Assembly (NCBI GenBank): GCA_036172245.1
Contig: JAYWIR010000022.1
Location: forward strand, 2,170,001 to 2,234,000
Direction: 5' to 3'
Source: Raillietiella orientalis
Lineage: Eukaryota
DNA length: 64,000 nt
Position 1 is the first letter of the stretch. Each line of letters begins with the position of its first letter. The notes beneath the pieces were generated by a model, which saw only the letters and a program-made list of their open reading frames with translations, did no database searches and was not told the DNA's origin. Positions 1-13,799 of this stretch are shown here, piece after piece. The position numbers and the translations under genes were made by a program.

Positions 1-1184
1 CACCAACTGAGCGCCCGCCGCGACAACCGCTCGGCACGCACGCACCAAACTGCCGCCCGATCCGCTCCGACCTCTCCATCTCGGCATCTCGGCAGCATCG
101 CCCCGAGGCACTTCCATCTGTCGAAAAAATCGGCTTCCTCTTTAAACCACCGAAAAATTTCTCTGGGAGGAGGAGGAAGGGGAGGGAGGGGTGCGAATAA
201 TCGACGGAAAGTCTTTTCCTTCGCTTTTGTTTTCGCTAAACGAAAACACGCGATCGTCTCCAGCGGGAAGCGGGCGCTTCTGTGCGCAGCGAGAAAAGAG
301 GGGAAGGAAGGAAGGAATGCGTTCCGCGGGTGTCTGTTCCCAACCCCTGCGATCTGTCCGAAGGGATCCGCATCGGGTATCACAAGGTGCGGATGCGACC
401 GATTGCCGCGAATTTCTCCTGTGCCTTCCGATTCGGTTCTCCCGACAAAAGGGGGGAGGGAGAAAACGCAGCAGCTTTACTGACACACGGGAAGTTCTCT
501 CCTCCTCCCCCCTTCATTCGTCACTCGAGTTTCTGCGGATCGTGTTCGCTCTTTTTTGTCTCCTCGAAGGCTCGCAGAAATCTCTGCGGACTTGATTTCA
601 GATTTTCCTTTTGAATAAGAGTTCTGGAAGCAAAAATTTTCCGTCCAGGCGCACTTCTTTTTTTTTTTTTTTTTTTTCCATTTCGCTTACCTCTTTGTGT
701 GTGCGTGCGTGTGTGTTTTGTTTCGTAAAGACCACTGGATTCCAGGAGCAAGCCCGCGTTGCTGTGATGCGGCTTCGAAATCTCCAGCGATCTGTGCGAT
801 TCCCTGATTTCGGCGTTTTCCAAGGCGGGAGGAAGATCGGCCGAGACGCTGCCGGCTCCTGGCTGTAGTGGGACAGCGGCAGCACGCGATCCATTTTTCC
901 CTTCCCCCTTTTCACCGATTTCCATTGCAGGAGCATTTTCGAGGCTGGAATAAGCGAAGGTGGTCGCGTCCACGCACCTGGGGCACACAGCAACGAGGGA
1001 GGAAGAGTACCTTCCTGGGTACACCACACGTAAACCACTCCGACGCGGCACGACGTCCTTTCGTTCGCGGGGGTGGAAAGAGCCCCGGCGCCCTGGGTCT
1101 TTCCTAACGCAGCAGGCAACAATGGCAAACGGGCGGCGCCGCCGTGCCACATTGTCGCTCCATTGTTTGCTCTATTTTGGTCAC
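1..1184 (-). other. Candidate spliced minus-strand exons of a gene continuing off the left edge (exon ~1184-691, intron 690-118, exon 117-<1)
   Basis: Minus-strand acceptor TTTTTGTCAG at 1185, donor GAG|GTAAGC at 690, and acceptor TTTTTTCGACAG|ATG at 118 with a frame open to the window edge (MEVPRGDAAEMPRW...). No recognisable protein. Confidence 0.25.
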
Positions 1185-3299
1185 CTGACAAAAATAGCAG
1201 CGCTGAAGCCGTAGGCCTAGTCCGAAGGCCCGGTGCTGGTCGCAGCCATCTTGGAGTGCGCATCCCCAGGAGGCGCGCAAGACGGTAGGCACTTCGAATG
1301 CCACACAAACCAAACGGAAACGATGCGCGCCCGCCCTAAAACTCTTGGAAAAGGTCAGCATGTGCAGCAGCGCATCGCACTGGGCTCCGAAAAACGCCGA
1401 AAGAAGAAGGAAGAAGAGACGATTGCATTCCAGCATTTCCATGTTCGTTAAACACGAGGTCAGAGAGCCATAAGTTCCTTGAATTCTTTAAAAATGAAAC
1501 CTAGCCGCACATTCCACCCACCGCCACCACCACCCTTCTCCTCATCGCGGTGCATTTGGATTCAGAGAGACGCAATTCTTTCATCTATTTAAAAAAAGCT
1601 GCTCCTCCAATAAAAGAATAACCCATCGGAAGCTTAGAGCTAATATGATCCGAGCAAACTTTTGTTGAATAATTCAAACCAGATTCCATCGCACGCTAGC
1701 ATAGTAGTAACACTAATGCAAATAAATTGGATCAATCACGGAATTTTTTCGTCCAACGCATCCTTAGAGGAAAAAGGAAAAAGAAGGAATGGTGTTCAGC
1801 GGTGAACCGAAATTCCCCCTCCGATTCTCTCTTGCGCAGAAACACTAACCGTTTTTCCTTTCGGAACAAACAAGTAGTGTGAAAGATGAAGCGCTGCCAT
1901 CCCCAGCAACGAAGGCGAGGATGCTGGGTGCCGTTTCAACAGATTGCTTCTTTCGGCTTCGGATTCCGCCTGGGAATTCCACTTTCACTGGAGTTAAAGT
2001 TATTATTTGAAAAAGAAAAGAAAAAAAAAAAACGAAAAAAAGAATGAAGCGTATTTTTCGAGCTGGCCCATGCCTTGTGCACCAAGCAGTCCGGGTTTTA
2101 ATTTTCTCTCAAATGGAAATTAAGTTATCGGTCGCATGGCAATTATCAGGTAATTAAGCCAGGCCGCTTCTGAGTAAACTCCTCAAACCCACACTTCGCA
2201 TTTCCACTTCCAGAACAAACTCGAAGCGCGTCTTCAGCGTTATTTATCTGCTTGTGCAACAACTCATTCTCAAAAGCCTCAAGCCGTGCGCATATCTAAG
2301 AAGTCGTTTTCTCTCGAAGGCGCTTTTTTTTCCTCAATGATAAGTTGGGAGAGCATGGACCCGTTGACGGATGCTACTAAAAGTTCGAGGTGCATCAGCA
2401 CCCTTCTTCGAAGCCAAAATGATTTCTTCCCCTGCTTGTCATTTATTTTATCTTTTGTTTGCTCTTTTTTTTCTTTTCTTTTCTTTTTTTTCTATCCTTT
2501 TTCCTTTTTTCTGGTATTTTGTGCAATTACCCGTACGAATACGTCGCGCTCGCTAAAGACGAATTTCCGAGACGCCTTTGCAAAGAACCCTACCGTCCTA
2601 GATGTTTCAGAAGATCTCCATAATGCTTCTTTGGGTAAGCGATTGTCATCTTTACGCACAATTGCCCATTCATGCCAAAGTTTGGCTTCTTTGTCAAGAG
2701 ATTTGTCTTCATCTCATCTGCGCGGCGCATGAATCAGAAAAAGAAAATTTCGCCTGCGTGCTCCCCATTGTGATCACCATCCCCCCGCGTGTTCAGTGGG
2801 CGAGTCGGGGGTGCGCGTGGCAGGGTGGTCGTGCGACTCGAGTGGCTCACCGGACGACCGAGGGAAGGAAGAGCGGTGGTTGATCGCGTCACCGGGTGGG
2901 GTGCCGGCCCGAGGACTTCCGAGGAGGGGAAGAAAGGGGAAGACGGAAACTTCCAGCCGTCTCGGCAGGGAGGGAAGGCCGCCGCTGCCCACCCTTCCGC
3001 AAGCGAAGACTCTCGGTCGCTCCCGGAGCGGCGCACCCGAGCGAATTCCAGGAGACGAAAACACAGTCGCTTTCGTTCGTGGCGGCAGAAGGCGCGGACT
3101 AGGTGGGGAAAGGGAGGGGGGGGGGGAGGAACCCACACCAGAATTGGCCTGCTCTGATTGGGACGATTAAAAGATCGGGTTTCCCCCGGCGACAGGATGA
3201 TGCGCGGGGCGAGGGGTGCCCCGCTTCCGGCGTGTCGGCAGCCAGCACAGGACTCGCGCGGAAAGGTTCACCCCCCCACCATCCACCCCGGCACGGGGA

Positions 3300-3990
3300 T
3301 TTCTTGACGGACGGACGGGAACGAAGCGAGGAGAACGCGCGGACGCGAGGGAGAGACGTCCAGAGCTCCTCGGCGGGAAGGACGGGGAGGGACGGCGAGG
3401 AAATTGCAAAATGGATGACCGGCGGCGCGATGGTGGGCGCGGAAGAACTCCGCCCTCGCCTCCTCGGAGGAGGGGGTCTGGGCACCGGAGCTGCCGAGTC
3501 TACGGGCCGGCCTCGGGAGCAGCTTGGAGGAGGAAGAAGAGGTCGTCAGGAAGCCGAAAGCCGAGGAAGAGCTGGCCGCTCGCTCCAGAGGAGAACGCGC
3601 GCGCGTGCGGGGGGTGGGGGGGTGGAAGCCAGCGCGTCGCTCCGAGGAACCACGGGCAAGAGGGAACCGAGGGGGCAAGGGCGGCGGTCCCGGGACCGGG
3701 AGTCGGAGGCGGGTGGCGGCAAGCATCTTGGACTCCGCATCGGAACGCCAAGGAGGTGGCGCTGCAGCGGGGCAGCTGCCGCGCCGAAAAGACGAATCCC
3801 CCAGGAGGCCGGGAACGGCTGCCGCTTGGAGCTGCCGCAACCGAGCGTTCGCTTGGAGCTGCGGGACGCCGGCACGAGGGGCATCGTCTTGGCCCGACAC
3901 CCTGCTCGAGCTCTCCCGGAAGCCAAGGGCAGCGGAGGCCCGGAATGGGGATTCTTCGCCCCTTTCCCGCCCTGAGGCAGCGCCGTGAGG
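3300..3990 (+). mobile_element. Ancient GC-rich LINE ORF2 linker / RT-start relic
   Basis: EEELAARSRGERARVRG (KARGAxxRSR-like), then RALPEAKGSGGPEWGFF (KSPGPDG..EF-like). Confidence 0.4.
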
Positions 3991-3999
3991 CGTGATGAA

Positions 4000-4900
4000 T
4001 GTGACAACTCGGTGCGCGGGAGGTCAGTTTGACTGGCACGCAACCCCCGCAGCTGGTGGGGGCCCCTCCAGCTGCAGGGAGGGGGGAGGAGGAGCCACCG
4101 GTGCTAGCCGCTCCTCAGAGAACCTGGGACTGGGTCTGCTCTGGGCGGATGGTGCCGTCAGGAGACCCACCCCTTTCCCGGCAAGAGTGGCGTCCCGATT
4201 CACTACCCCGGGAAGGCGCAGCAGTTAAAAAAGGGTCCTGAGCAGGCGGAGGGCTCCTTGCGGAGGGTGGGGAGGGGCGTGCCCGCGATCGATGCCCCAC
4301 GCGAAGGTGTCCTGGAGCGCGCGGGCGGAGCAGAGACGAATACCATTCGCGCCGGGGAAGCGACGACTGGGCCGGTCGCGAAACGCCTTCCTCTTCGCTT
4401 TGCTGTTTGTTCCCTGGGGCCACAGACCAGCCTCCCCCCCACCCCTCTCTCTCTCCGAACCGTGAGCCACCGCCCCTCGATAACGAAGGTCCCCGGCGCG
4501 CTCTCAGATCCGGGTTTGGTTGCCATGGAGGCTCTTCTCAACTGCCGTCCTCCTCGCCTCTGCCCGAAAAGGGGGAGGGAGAAAGAAGGAGACGCTTCCT
4601 TACGAATCCGTTCCGGCATCCCTTGGCTCCGCTTCCAGAGCAGCCCAGATGGTCCCTTCTGGTGCGCCCGCGTGATTCCTCGAGAGACGCGCACCTGGCC
4701 TCCGCGCGGACGGATGTCCCCCAGACCTGCGTCTTCCCAAATCGTGGGTTCGTTTTCCAGAAGATAGCAGAAATGGGCGAAGGGGGGGCGATTGCCGGAG
4801 GGAGTTTCCTTTTTTCCTTCCTCCCTCTTCCTTTTTCCGTCAATCACAGGAGGCCCGCTCACAGGCGGCGGCGCACGGGGCAGCACTTTCGCTTTCCCCA
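4000..4900 (-). mobile_element. ORF1 relic
   Basis: GGRQLRRASMATKPGSESAPGTFVIEGRWLTVRRERG resembles the Tx1-like ORF1 segment just before the zinc knuckles. Confidence 0.33.
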
Positions 4901-7900
4901 CGCGGAGGCTGTTCGCTCTCCGAGTTCATGCTCAAAGGTCGTGCCGGGGAGCGCACCCTTTCCCCGCTCCGGGCCCCGAGAACCTGCCAGTGACGTCCCT
5001 ACAGCCCGCCTAGACCTTCCGACCTGCTACGTCCTGCAGTAGGAGGATGCGGCAGTCTCCGGAGCCACGCCGGCGGTGAGTAGCTGACTCTTGGAGCCCG
5101 CTGCCGCCACCCCGCTTCTGAAAAGGAACCCGAAAGGGAGAGGGGTCTGTCGTGAGCGCCCAGCCGCTCTGGAGCACCCCGAGGGGCGCGCTCGCGCAAG
5201 AGAGAGCGAGAGAAGCTGGACCTTCTCAAAACCTGCAGCCTCCGGGAGCTCTCCTCGATTCTTTCGGCCCGACCTACTTCGTCCGGACGGGGCTTCCTCC
5301 TCGGAGCGCGGGCGGGGGTCTTCAGGCAGAGTCGCTCCGGCGGCGATCACGACTCCTCTCTCCCGCCGAACCACCGTTAAGCGCGCCGCGAGCTGCCATT
5401 GCAGACTCTTCCGTCGCCTCGTCCGCGTCTGCAGCGAGAGCGCGCCCGCGCACGGGCTTCCTGCGCCATTCGGGAGTCTCTCCTGGCAGCCGCCGGTAGC
5501 ATCGAGCCGCGCGAATCCGACGAAAGCAGGGAGGAGGGGGGGGTTCAGCTTGGATTCCGAGCCACGCACGAAGGAGGGGAGGAGGGAGACGAGAACCCTC
5601 AAAAAGGAAGAGTTTTGCGAAATCCGCCATACTGCAGGTGCGTCCGCGCACGGGATTCCTCTTCGAAAGGGGTGTTTTGAAAAGCGAAAAAAAGGACCAG
5701 GGACCCGTGCACGGGGAAAGGCCCATTTCCCGAGCGAGGACGAAACACTTTCACCGACGGAGGCTCTGCCAATGGCGACGTCCAGCTCGAACAGGGAGGA
5801 CACGCGCAGCTCTCGATGATGGGGGTGGCGAAACAAAATCGAGCAGCGGAGGGAGCCGAGAGCGACGTCACGGCAGGCGAAGAAAGCGCGCGCGGCGGCG
5901 TCGCTAATGGCAACGCAGAACGCAGAACAGGGAAGCTCTCGAGGAACGCGATTAAGCGATTTGCATTGTTGCTGCATTTTTCGAGGCGAGCGGGGGGAAT
6001 TCTTTTAAGCCGAGTGGCGTGAAAGGATGGGGCGCCCGCAGGGGCACGGTCGAGGGGTCGATTACTGCACCGTCTGTTTGTTTTGCTCTCCCGTTCCAGG
6101 GAACACACGCGAGTGCGCGCGCGCACACGCGCGCGCGAGAAAAGATAAAAGTGGAGGGGGAAGCGGGGGGGGGGGGGAAGGAGAGAAGAAGTTTTCGAGA
6201 ACGCGGAGGAAGATCGAAAATGGTGATGATGGAAGTCGGCAACCGCGAGGAAATAGCAACCTGGAGCGATGGCCACTCGAGGGACAGCGTTTCAATTATT
6301 TCTGCGGATCCTTGAAGCGAACCCTCCCACCTGCAGGAATCGGTAGAAGCGCAGACGAAAGCTGCTTCGAAGAAACCGCTGGATTCGGCCGCTCGTGACG
6401 TAGAACTGGATAAGGAATGGCGACAGGTGAAGGAGTGGAGAGCGCGGCCCGCGCGCTCTAACCGTGGCATTTCGCAACGCAATCGAAATCGAAAATGACC
6501 AAAAAAACAAAAGAGGAAGGGGAGGGGGGGGGGACAGAATCATCGATGGCGCAAACCCTTGTGAGGAAGGGGGAAGGGAAAGGAGGAAGATCTGCAGAGG
6601 TTTCGCGCATGCAATATGCGCCGCCGCCGCGCTCTCTCGGAAAAACGGCTGGTCAGTGGCGGCGGAAGAGGGGAGGCTTTTGCCCGGTGCGCTTGGCGCC
6701 TGCGGTTCCCTTGGCAGCATGGCCCACGGGAAGATGGGAGGGGGACGCCGGTGGCTACACTTGCGGTTCCCCGAGCACTAGCCCACCCCCGCAGAAGAGG
6801 TCAAGCGAATGAGCACGCGCGCAGTGCCGGGATAGGCGAGAGAGCCAGCGGCTCTCCTCCTCCGAACGAGCTTTTTCTCTCGGAGGGACCCGGCCGGCTT
6901 CACCGGTTCTGGAGGAGGAGGAGGTGGAGGCCCAGACGCTCCGCTTTGTAGCTCAGGTAACGACAAGAGGCGACAAAGCGCGGTGTGAGTTGATTTACTG
7001 GTTTTCTTGTACGGCTGCCTACCGACACTGGAAGTCTCTGAGTCCCGCGCGATGAAGACACGCGGGTGAAGCAAGCAGAGAGGGAGAGCAACAGCAGCAG
7101 ATGCCAAAAGCAATAAAAAAAAAAAAAAAAAATCGAACCGTACAAGCAGAAGGAGGAGGCGGAGGGGAAATGGAAGCCGCTCTGGGCGGAGCGAATCCCG
7201 AAGATGAAACGGCAAAGGAAAACACGCAAGAAATCATCAGATGGAACGCGCGCGCGTGCGCTAGAGGCGCGTAGCAACGGTTGGGACGGACGTTCGGTGG
7301 TGTGGCGCCAAGCAACAGAGCGATGCCAGAGGGATCGTCGCCCCGAGGCAGCCGCGGCAGCGTTTTGCCAGCGAGCTCGGTCGCGGAGGAAGACCTGGAG
7401 GACCCCTGGTTTCCGGGAGAGAGCGCTCTCTCGGAAGACCCGCGTCTTCTGGAGGTTCGCTGCAATCTTCCTCTCCTTCCTTTCGCCTGGAAGTGGCGAA
7501 GTGGCTGCTGGGTCGAGCGAGCTGTTGGAGGGAAGGATGGCTGCGGAAGCTGAGCTGTACCGAGCGCACGCGACAAGGGAGCCTGCCTCGCGTCCGACGG
7601 TGAGGGGCGGGGTCTGCAGCTTTCAGCCACGTACCCCCGGCCGTGGGGCTGCGGCGAGAGTCCCAGACGAGGTCAGGCGGATCGGGGTGGAGCAGTAGAC
7701 CGCCTCGCTCCTCCCTCCTCCTCCACGCCAGCAGCCGAGTGCTTGCCGACCCCTCCGGCGCTCGTCAGCTGCCCTGGCCGGTGCAGGATGGCACGGAGGG
7801 GGGGGGGGGGAGACGCAGGTTGAAGCAGCGCGGCACTGCGCCCACGCTGGAGTTTTCCCGCTGCGGTCGCTGCAGGTCCCGCACAGGTCTGACGATGCGG

Positions 7901-7999
7901 TGCCCGCCCGAGTCCCCCTTCGCCGCCCGCTGGGGACCTGGGAGAAGGAGAGCGGAGGGCGCAACATCCGATGCAGTGTTGCCAAACTTCTTCGCAGAT

Positions 8000-10300
8000 G
8001 CGAGAATGCAAAATTCGAATTGGACGCGCACACTCGCCGGGCACGAGACGGTTTTCCTCCCGTGCCAATCTGCCTTTCAAGTAGGGGTGCCAAAGGTCCC
8101 AACTTCCTCCTGAGCAGGGCACCGCCGGTTCCTCGGCGGGAAGTCGCGCCCGGCCGCGACGATACCTGGACCCCTCCTGACCCCCCGCAGAGCGCGGAAC
8201 TTCGAGTCGGAGAGGATCATGGAGCCTGCCGAGATCCTCGGCGGGATCCACCGAAGGAAACGGGGCGGCGCGCTTCTCCACCCCGACAGCCCTTGCGGCA
8301 GCAGCAGAGAGGAGCTACGCCCGGCAGGATGCGACCTGCAGCTGCCTGGGGTGGTCACGGCAACCGAGGGAAGGCGAGTGGAAGACGGGCGAGCGCGGAC
8401 GATGAGAGGGGGCGGAGGGTCGAAGGCCCTTTGCAGGTTCTGAACTACCCAGCGTCCCTCCCCCACACTCTCGCTTCCTTCCGAACGTTTCCCTTCCCGT
8501 CGGGACGCGTCCGGACGGGATGCCCGGAGCGGCGCAGGATGCCCCCCCTCTTCTCCTTCCCCATTGCCTAGCAGAGGACGGCCCTTCTCCCCCCCCCCCA
8601 CGCTCGCGGATTCCGTTTTTTCGCAAGGGGCCGCGAGGGCGGGACCCTCGCGAAAAACCAAGAAGGGCGCGTGACCGCCGTCCTCAGCTCTGGGCTGCAG
8701 ATCTCCCTCCACTGCTTCCGGGGGCGCCGGAGGGCGCAGCCGCTGCCGGGAACCGCGCTCCGCCCCTCGGGCTGGCGCGCCTCTCCAAGAAGGGGGGAGA
8801 AGGCTGCGCTCCAGCGTGGTGGGCGCCGACCTCGCGGAAAGGGCGCTCGGGGTCGTCCCCTCTCCTAGCGTCAGGGGTCCTCTCCAAGGAGCCCGAAGTA
8901 CTCGCGGGAGCGGCTCGCCCGTGCTCGCAGGCCTGCCGCTCGCCGTCAGCGATCCAGGAGCTCCCCCGTTATGGTTTCCGGGAGAGAGCGCGCGCCCGGA
9001 CCTTTGCCCGGGCGCGCGCTCCGGGCAAAGGTCCGTCTTCTTCCCGCAGAGGGAGTTGGCGGCTGCTGGGGGGAGGAGGTGGAAAATACCACCAGGCGTG
9101 GGGGCTCCCGCCCCGCCCCGCCCCGTTTCGTCCATCGAAGGCGGTCGCCATCGGGGGGTCAGCGGTCCGCTTGGCCGCGGTGACCTCCCGCTGCTCACGA
9201 CGTGACCGCTGCTGCTGCCGCCGTCCACTAACTACCCTCCGGCGATCCGACCGGATCCATCAACCCTTCTGCTCCAGGGCCCACGAGCCCCGCTCCCATC
9301 GCTCCCTGGTCCGCACCATCGGCCACAAGGCGGTCCGGAAGGGCGCCCCCCAGCCGCCCTTCCCTCTGACGCGGGAGCGGTGCGGCGCGGCCGCCGAACA
9401 AGCGCCGACCTCCCCCCCGCCCTGACACAGTGCTCGTTCCCGCCATCCAGGACGCGCCTCGGCATCTCCGCAGGTCCGCCTGCCGCGGAACGCGCGACGA
9501 CGAGGAAACGCCGGCGCTCGCGGAGACAAACAGCACCAGACGTCTGAAGCCGCGGAGCCAAATAAATCCTCAAAGGTCATTACCGATGTGTAGCCCGAGG
9601 GCAGGTTTGCAGAGGGTGTCAAAAAGCTTCTTGAACACACGAGATAAGCTACCTAACAGTAGAAGTCGGAACGCCCGGAGGCGCGCGAGCGGGGCGTCCG
9701 CCTCTCCCTCGCGCCGCGGAGATCGGAGGAGGAAGCGCGGACCTGGCGGCGACGCTGCCAGCCAGCCGCCCGGCGCGCGCCCGGGCAGGAGAAATTCCTC
9801 GCGGTGGTGGTTGGCCGCCGGGGGCGGTGGCGTTTTCCAGGGAAACGCCGCGGCCTGCTTCCCTCCCTCCCGGACGGAGGGCTCGCCGTCTCCGGACTCT
9901 TCCTTCCCCTCTTCTTCTACACTTAGCAGTTTCTAAGCCGGAAGGGGTCCATCCGGAGGGTGGAGGTGAAGTGGGGGGGAAAGTGGGGGGGACTGCTGGA
10001 AGGCGGCGCGTTTCCTTGGCCCGTCCGGAAAAAGCCTCGGACACCACTCCCCCCTCGACAGTGCTCCTTTGGAAGCAGCGCGCGCGCTAGGACCATCCAA
10101 CCAGCCACGCGCTTCGGGAAAAACAACCGCAGGAACGACCCATTCGCCACCACCGGGATGGCTGCCTGAACCGCTCGCGAGGCAGTAGTCCCACCGGGAC
10201 GGCAGGCACCACCGGGAGCACGTCTGAAGGAAGCAGACCTTCAGGAGCGTCGGGAGCGCATTTTCTCCGCCTCCCTCAGCGAGGCTGAGCCATCTTCAGG
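8000..10300 (-). mobile_element. Ancient GC-rich LINE ORF2 relic (APE endonuclease plus linker)
   Basis: LKVCFLQTC (10218-10244; LQET-like), SDVWCCLSPRAPAF (~9505-9548; DxWR..P-like) and LPDRLVA...GAMGAGLVGPGAEGLMDP (~9253-9345; SDH...GxGxW..LLxD-like) occur in the expected order. The lower boundary is uncertain. Confidence 0.5.
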
Positions 10301-12899
10301 CGAGCTGCGCAGGCTTCCTTTGTGCCCCTGGGTACCTCCGAGTTCACGCGTTCGGCTTTTGCGAACTCACCTTGGGCGTGACTTCTTAGCAGAAACTCGA
10401 AAACCCCCCCCCCTCCTCCTCGTTCTCTCCTCGTCTTCCCTCCTCTTCTCTCTTTCTCTCGAGAAAAAAATAAATAAAAAAAACCCAAATCCACAGCATT
10501 TGAATCCAACAAGCAGAGACCCTGGTCAAAAAAAAGGAGGGGGGAAGGGGGGGAGGAAACAAGCCGCCACCTTCAGTTTGAGGAGGAGGAAGGGAGGCAT
10601 AGAAAAGCAGAGGACGAGAGAGTCAGGGAGACGTCTGAAAGACGGGCGACGGTGCGGTGCGCGCGCGTGGACTCCCGGCGGCCGTCACAGTAAAACCAAA
10701 CAACAACAACAAAAGCAGCAGCGGGAAGTGTCTCCGAGACCCGCTGATGCCTAAGCCGGGTCTCGCTCTCTCCTGAGGAGCTTCTCTCACGAGACGCGCG
10801 CAGGAGGGAAGTCCTCGCAACGACCCGGGCAGGCTTGACGAAAATGTTCCGCGGGCTGAGGCCGTGCAGCCCGTCGGGGGAATCCTTCTGCGCTCCCAAG
10901 CCTCTTTGAGTGCGCAGATCTCCCCCCCCCCCCTCCCTTTCCTCCCACTCCCCGACAGCGCCCGCCGCCACCGGAAACCTGCTGCGCCAAGATAATGCTG
11001 AATGCATGCGTTCGCGTCCGAATGCAAACGCGTGCTTTTCTTCACACGTGCTCACCGCCGCGCGCGGAGAGCACCATCGCAACTGCGACGAATGCGCAGC
11101 CATCTATAATTAGCGCAACAATGGAGCGCGGGGGGGGGGAGGGAGGGAGGGAAGAGAGAATTCTCAGCCTGCGGGAGAAAAGGCGGGGGGGAAGGGGGAG
11201 GGAGAGAGAAGTGGGAAAAAAAGAATAAGGGGGTAGCTCCTGTTGGCGACGGGTAAGATCCTCTCCCCTTACTCCCCCCCCCCTCCCAATAAGTGCTGAC
11301 GAAACCTCTGGACGACGAAAAACCTTCCTCCCAGACGTCTCCCGCGTTCGACGCACGAACTCCCACCACTACTCCTTCCACTCCCTCACGCGGGACGAGA
11401 TTACGCTCGATTCCGGGGAGAATGCATACCTCGGATGCTCGATGTATCCATTTTCGAGATGACGTGAGGAGAGGAAAACCGCACCTAGAATAAACGAGCC
11501 GTCTTCTTGGGGGGAGAGGGAGGGGGGAAAGGGGGGGGGGCGGAAAGGTGCTGAAAAATTCGCAGGTAGAACAAACATTCGGCGAATTCCTCTTTCCCCC
11601 CCCCACCTCCTCCTCCTCCCCCCGTCTGCTGCTCGCTTTATCAGCACTCCAATCCGCGACGCGCGAACGTGATTGGCTGCCGCAACAATGAAGCCAAGAC
11701 GTCGGGGGAAAAGGGAAGGTGTGGTGGTGGCTTCCCCGGTAAGCAAGCAGTTTCATATCGAGCACTCTGCTGTGAATGACCGCCGCCTCGCACAGCGAGG
11801 TACCTTCCGAAGTGGGGCGGGCCTAACAACAGCGAATGTCTGCTCCCCTCATTCCCCATGTTTTTGCAAGTAGCGAGATTCCCGCTTCCGAACCAGGCGT
11901 TGAATGCATGGCTCTCTTTTTTTTTTTTTTATCCGTGCTTTCCCCTCCAACTGCACCGCGCGGCAGCGATCCGAACGCGAGGCGTGGACTCTGCCGCAGA
12001 GTCAAATTGCTCCGAAGCTGCTGAACTCCGCCAGGTAACTTACTAACGTTTCCCTTTCATCCATCGCTTGTGATGATTGGATTCCTCTGCGTCGTTTCGA
12101 ACTTTTTTGCATCCTCCGAGTCAGTATGGCTGCCTGAGCCTCCGGGGCAACCCATCGCTCGAATCCTGAGCTTATGGAAACGGGGCACTCCTTGGTGATT
12201 TCTCTCGGCTCTGGTGAGCGCCGTCGCTCCGACGAGGGGGAAAGCGTGCAACTTTCGACAGAAACCGTTGGTGGCTCTAGTTTCTTAACTCTCCCATGCA
12301 CCATCCGGATGGCAGCGATGGCTTGAGGATTGAAATCCTCTGAGCCATCCAATCACCTCTGAGCCTTTCCCCCTAAGAAACTGCTCTGTCTCCCAGAAAA
12401 CACAGCTAAAAGAGAAGGGATCACGTTTCCTCATGTCTGCGGACGTTCACCTCTGGTATGGCAGACGATGGTGCCGAATCCGGGGTATTTGCGGTGACAT
12501 GAGAGTCCTCTGCAGACAGGTCTCGACAAGAGGAGGAGAGGATGAGCTCGATGAACCAAGACTCTCACGAGTCGTCGTGGCTATCCTTTGAGCTTCCCCG
12601 CATAAACCGACTCCTTCCAACTCCAGTCATCCCACCTACTCCAGAATCCGCGCGCCTTCCAGGCAAAGACGAGCGTGAGATTGCTCTAAAGATATTTCTA
12701 TACAGCTGCTGCTGCTTCAGGGAGAACGGGAGAGAGGGAAGGGTCTGTGCCATTCTCGGATCTCAGATCCCCAAGATGTTCTGCCCAGTGCCTCCTCTGG
12801 GAACCGGGTGAAGACGGATTCTTTTCTCTGGAACTGGAGATTGTGGAGACATTGGAATCTGCCACTTCGAACCTGGCTGATCCTGTCTCAGACCTCAGA

Positions 12900-13520
12900 T
12901 TGGCCCCAGCACTGTCCCTAGATCCTGAGCTCCCGTCCCAGGAAGCTGTGCTCTAGAAAGGAATGCTCCGTCGTCATCTTCATCACCAGGGGAGGGGGGT
13001 GGATAGGAAGGTGCGAAAGCCGTGCCGGTCTTTGGCCTCAACGAGTCTTTCCTTTTTCCCCCGGACGTGCTGCTGTAGACCGTCTTCAGCACGTTGGCTT
13101 CCGCTATCCAGTGTGACTTTCAGACCATTCCCTGGCATCCGATGTTCGGACAGGCCCCGCTGGGACCCTTTTGGACACTCTGAGGATAACGGGAGGTGCC
13201 CGGGAACGAGAAGGCGAGAGTGCAGACACTGCTGCCCTTTGGGCCGTATGTGAACTCGCACGCGAGCTCGCGCAAGGGGGGAAAAAGGCGCGTGTTCCCA
13301 AAGTCCCCTCCTCTATTGGGTCCCGTGGGCCGCTCTCCCTATAGGGTCTGCCTGCCAGTTTGGTGCACGGCCGAGGAGGGAGGCGCATCAGTGGGGGATG
13401 CAGATGAGGGAGCAGGATGAAGCGGCACGCTGTTCAGTGCACAGCTGAAGGGAGAGCGTGGAAATAGACGCCGTCCTTGGTGGATGGGGAAATCGTAAGG
13501 TGGGTGGAGACAACTTTGGA
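12900..13520 (-). mobile_element. Tx1-like ORF1 relic with degenerate zinc knuckle
   Basis: VYFHALPSAV, then RVHIRPKGQQCLHSRLLVPGHLPLSSECPK (GQ..C...GH....CP). Confidence 0.42.
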
Positions 13521-13799
13521 ATGGCTGGAGGGGGGGGGGGAGGGTGCAAGGAAAGCAACAGCATGATAGGGACGTCCTGAAGAGACGGCAGAACCATTAT
13601 AAGAATGGCGGGGAAGTGGTGCAAACAGTAATGATCACGAAGATTGTATGACCTTAGAGTATGACCACCACCATGCGTCCAGCTAAGCTCTCCTGCTTTC
13701 CTCCTGACGCCCGGAAGGAGGAGGGGCTCCCTCGAAATCTCCAGCGTTGTCTCTCTCCCCAGCTGCCAGCCTCTCTCGACTTCTCGCTTCCTTTATGAA

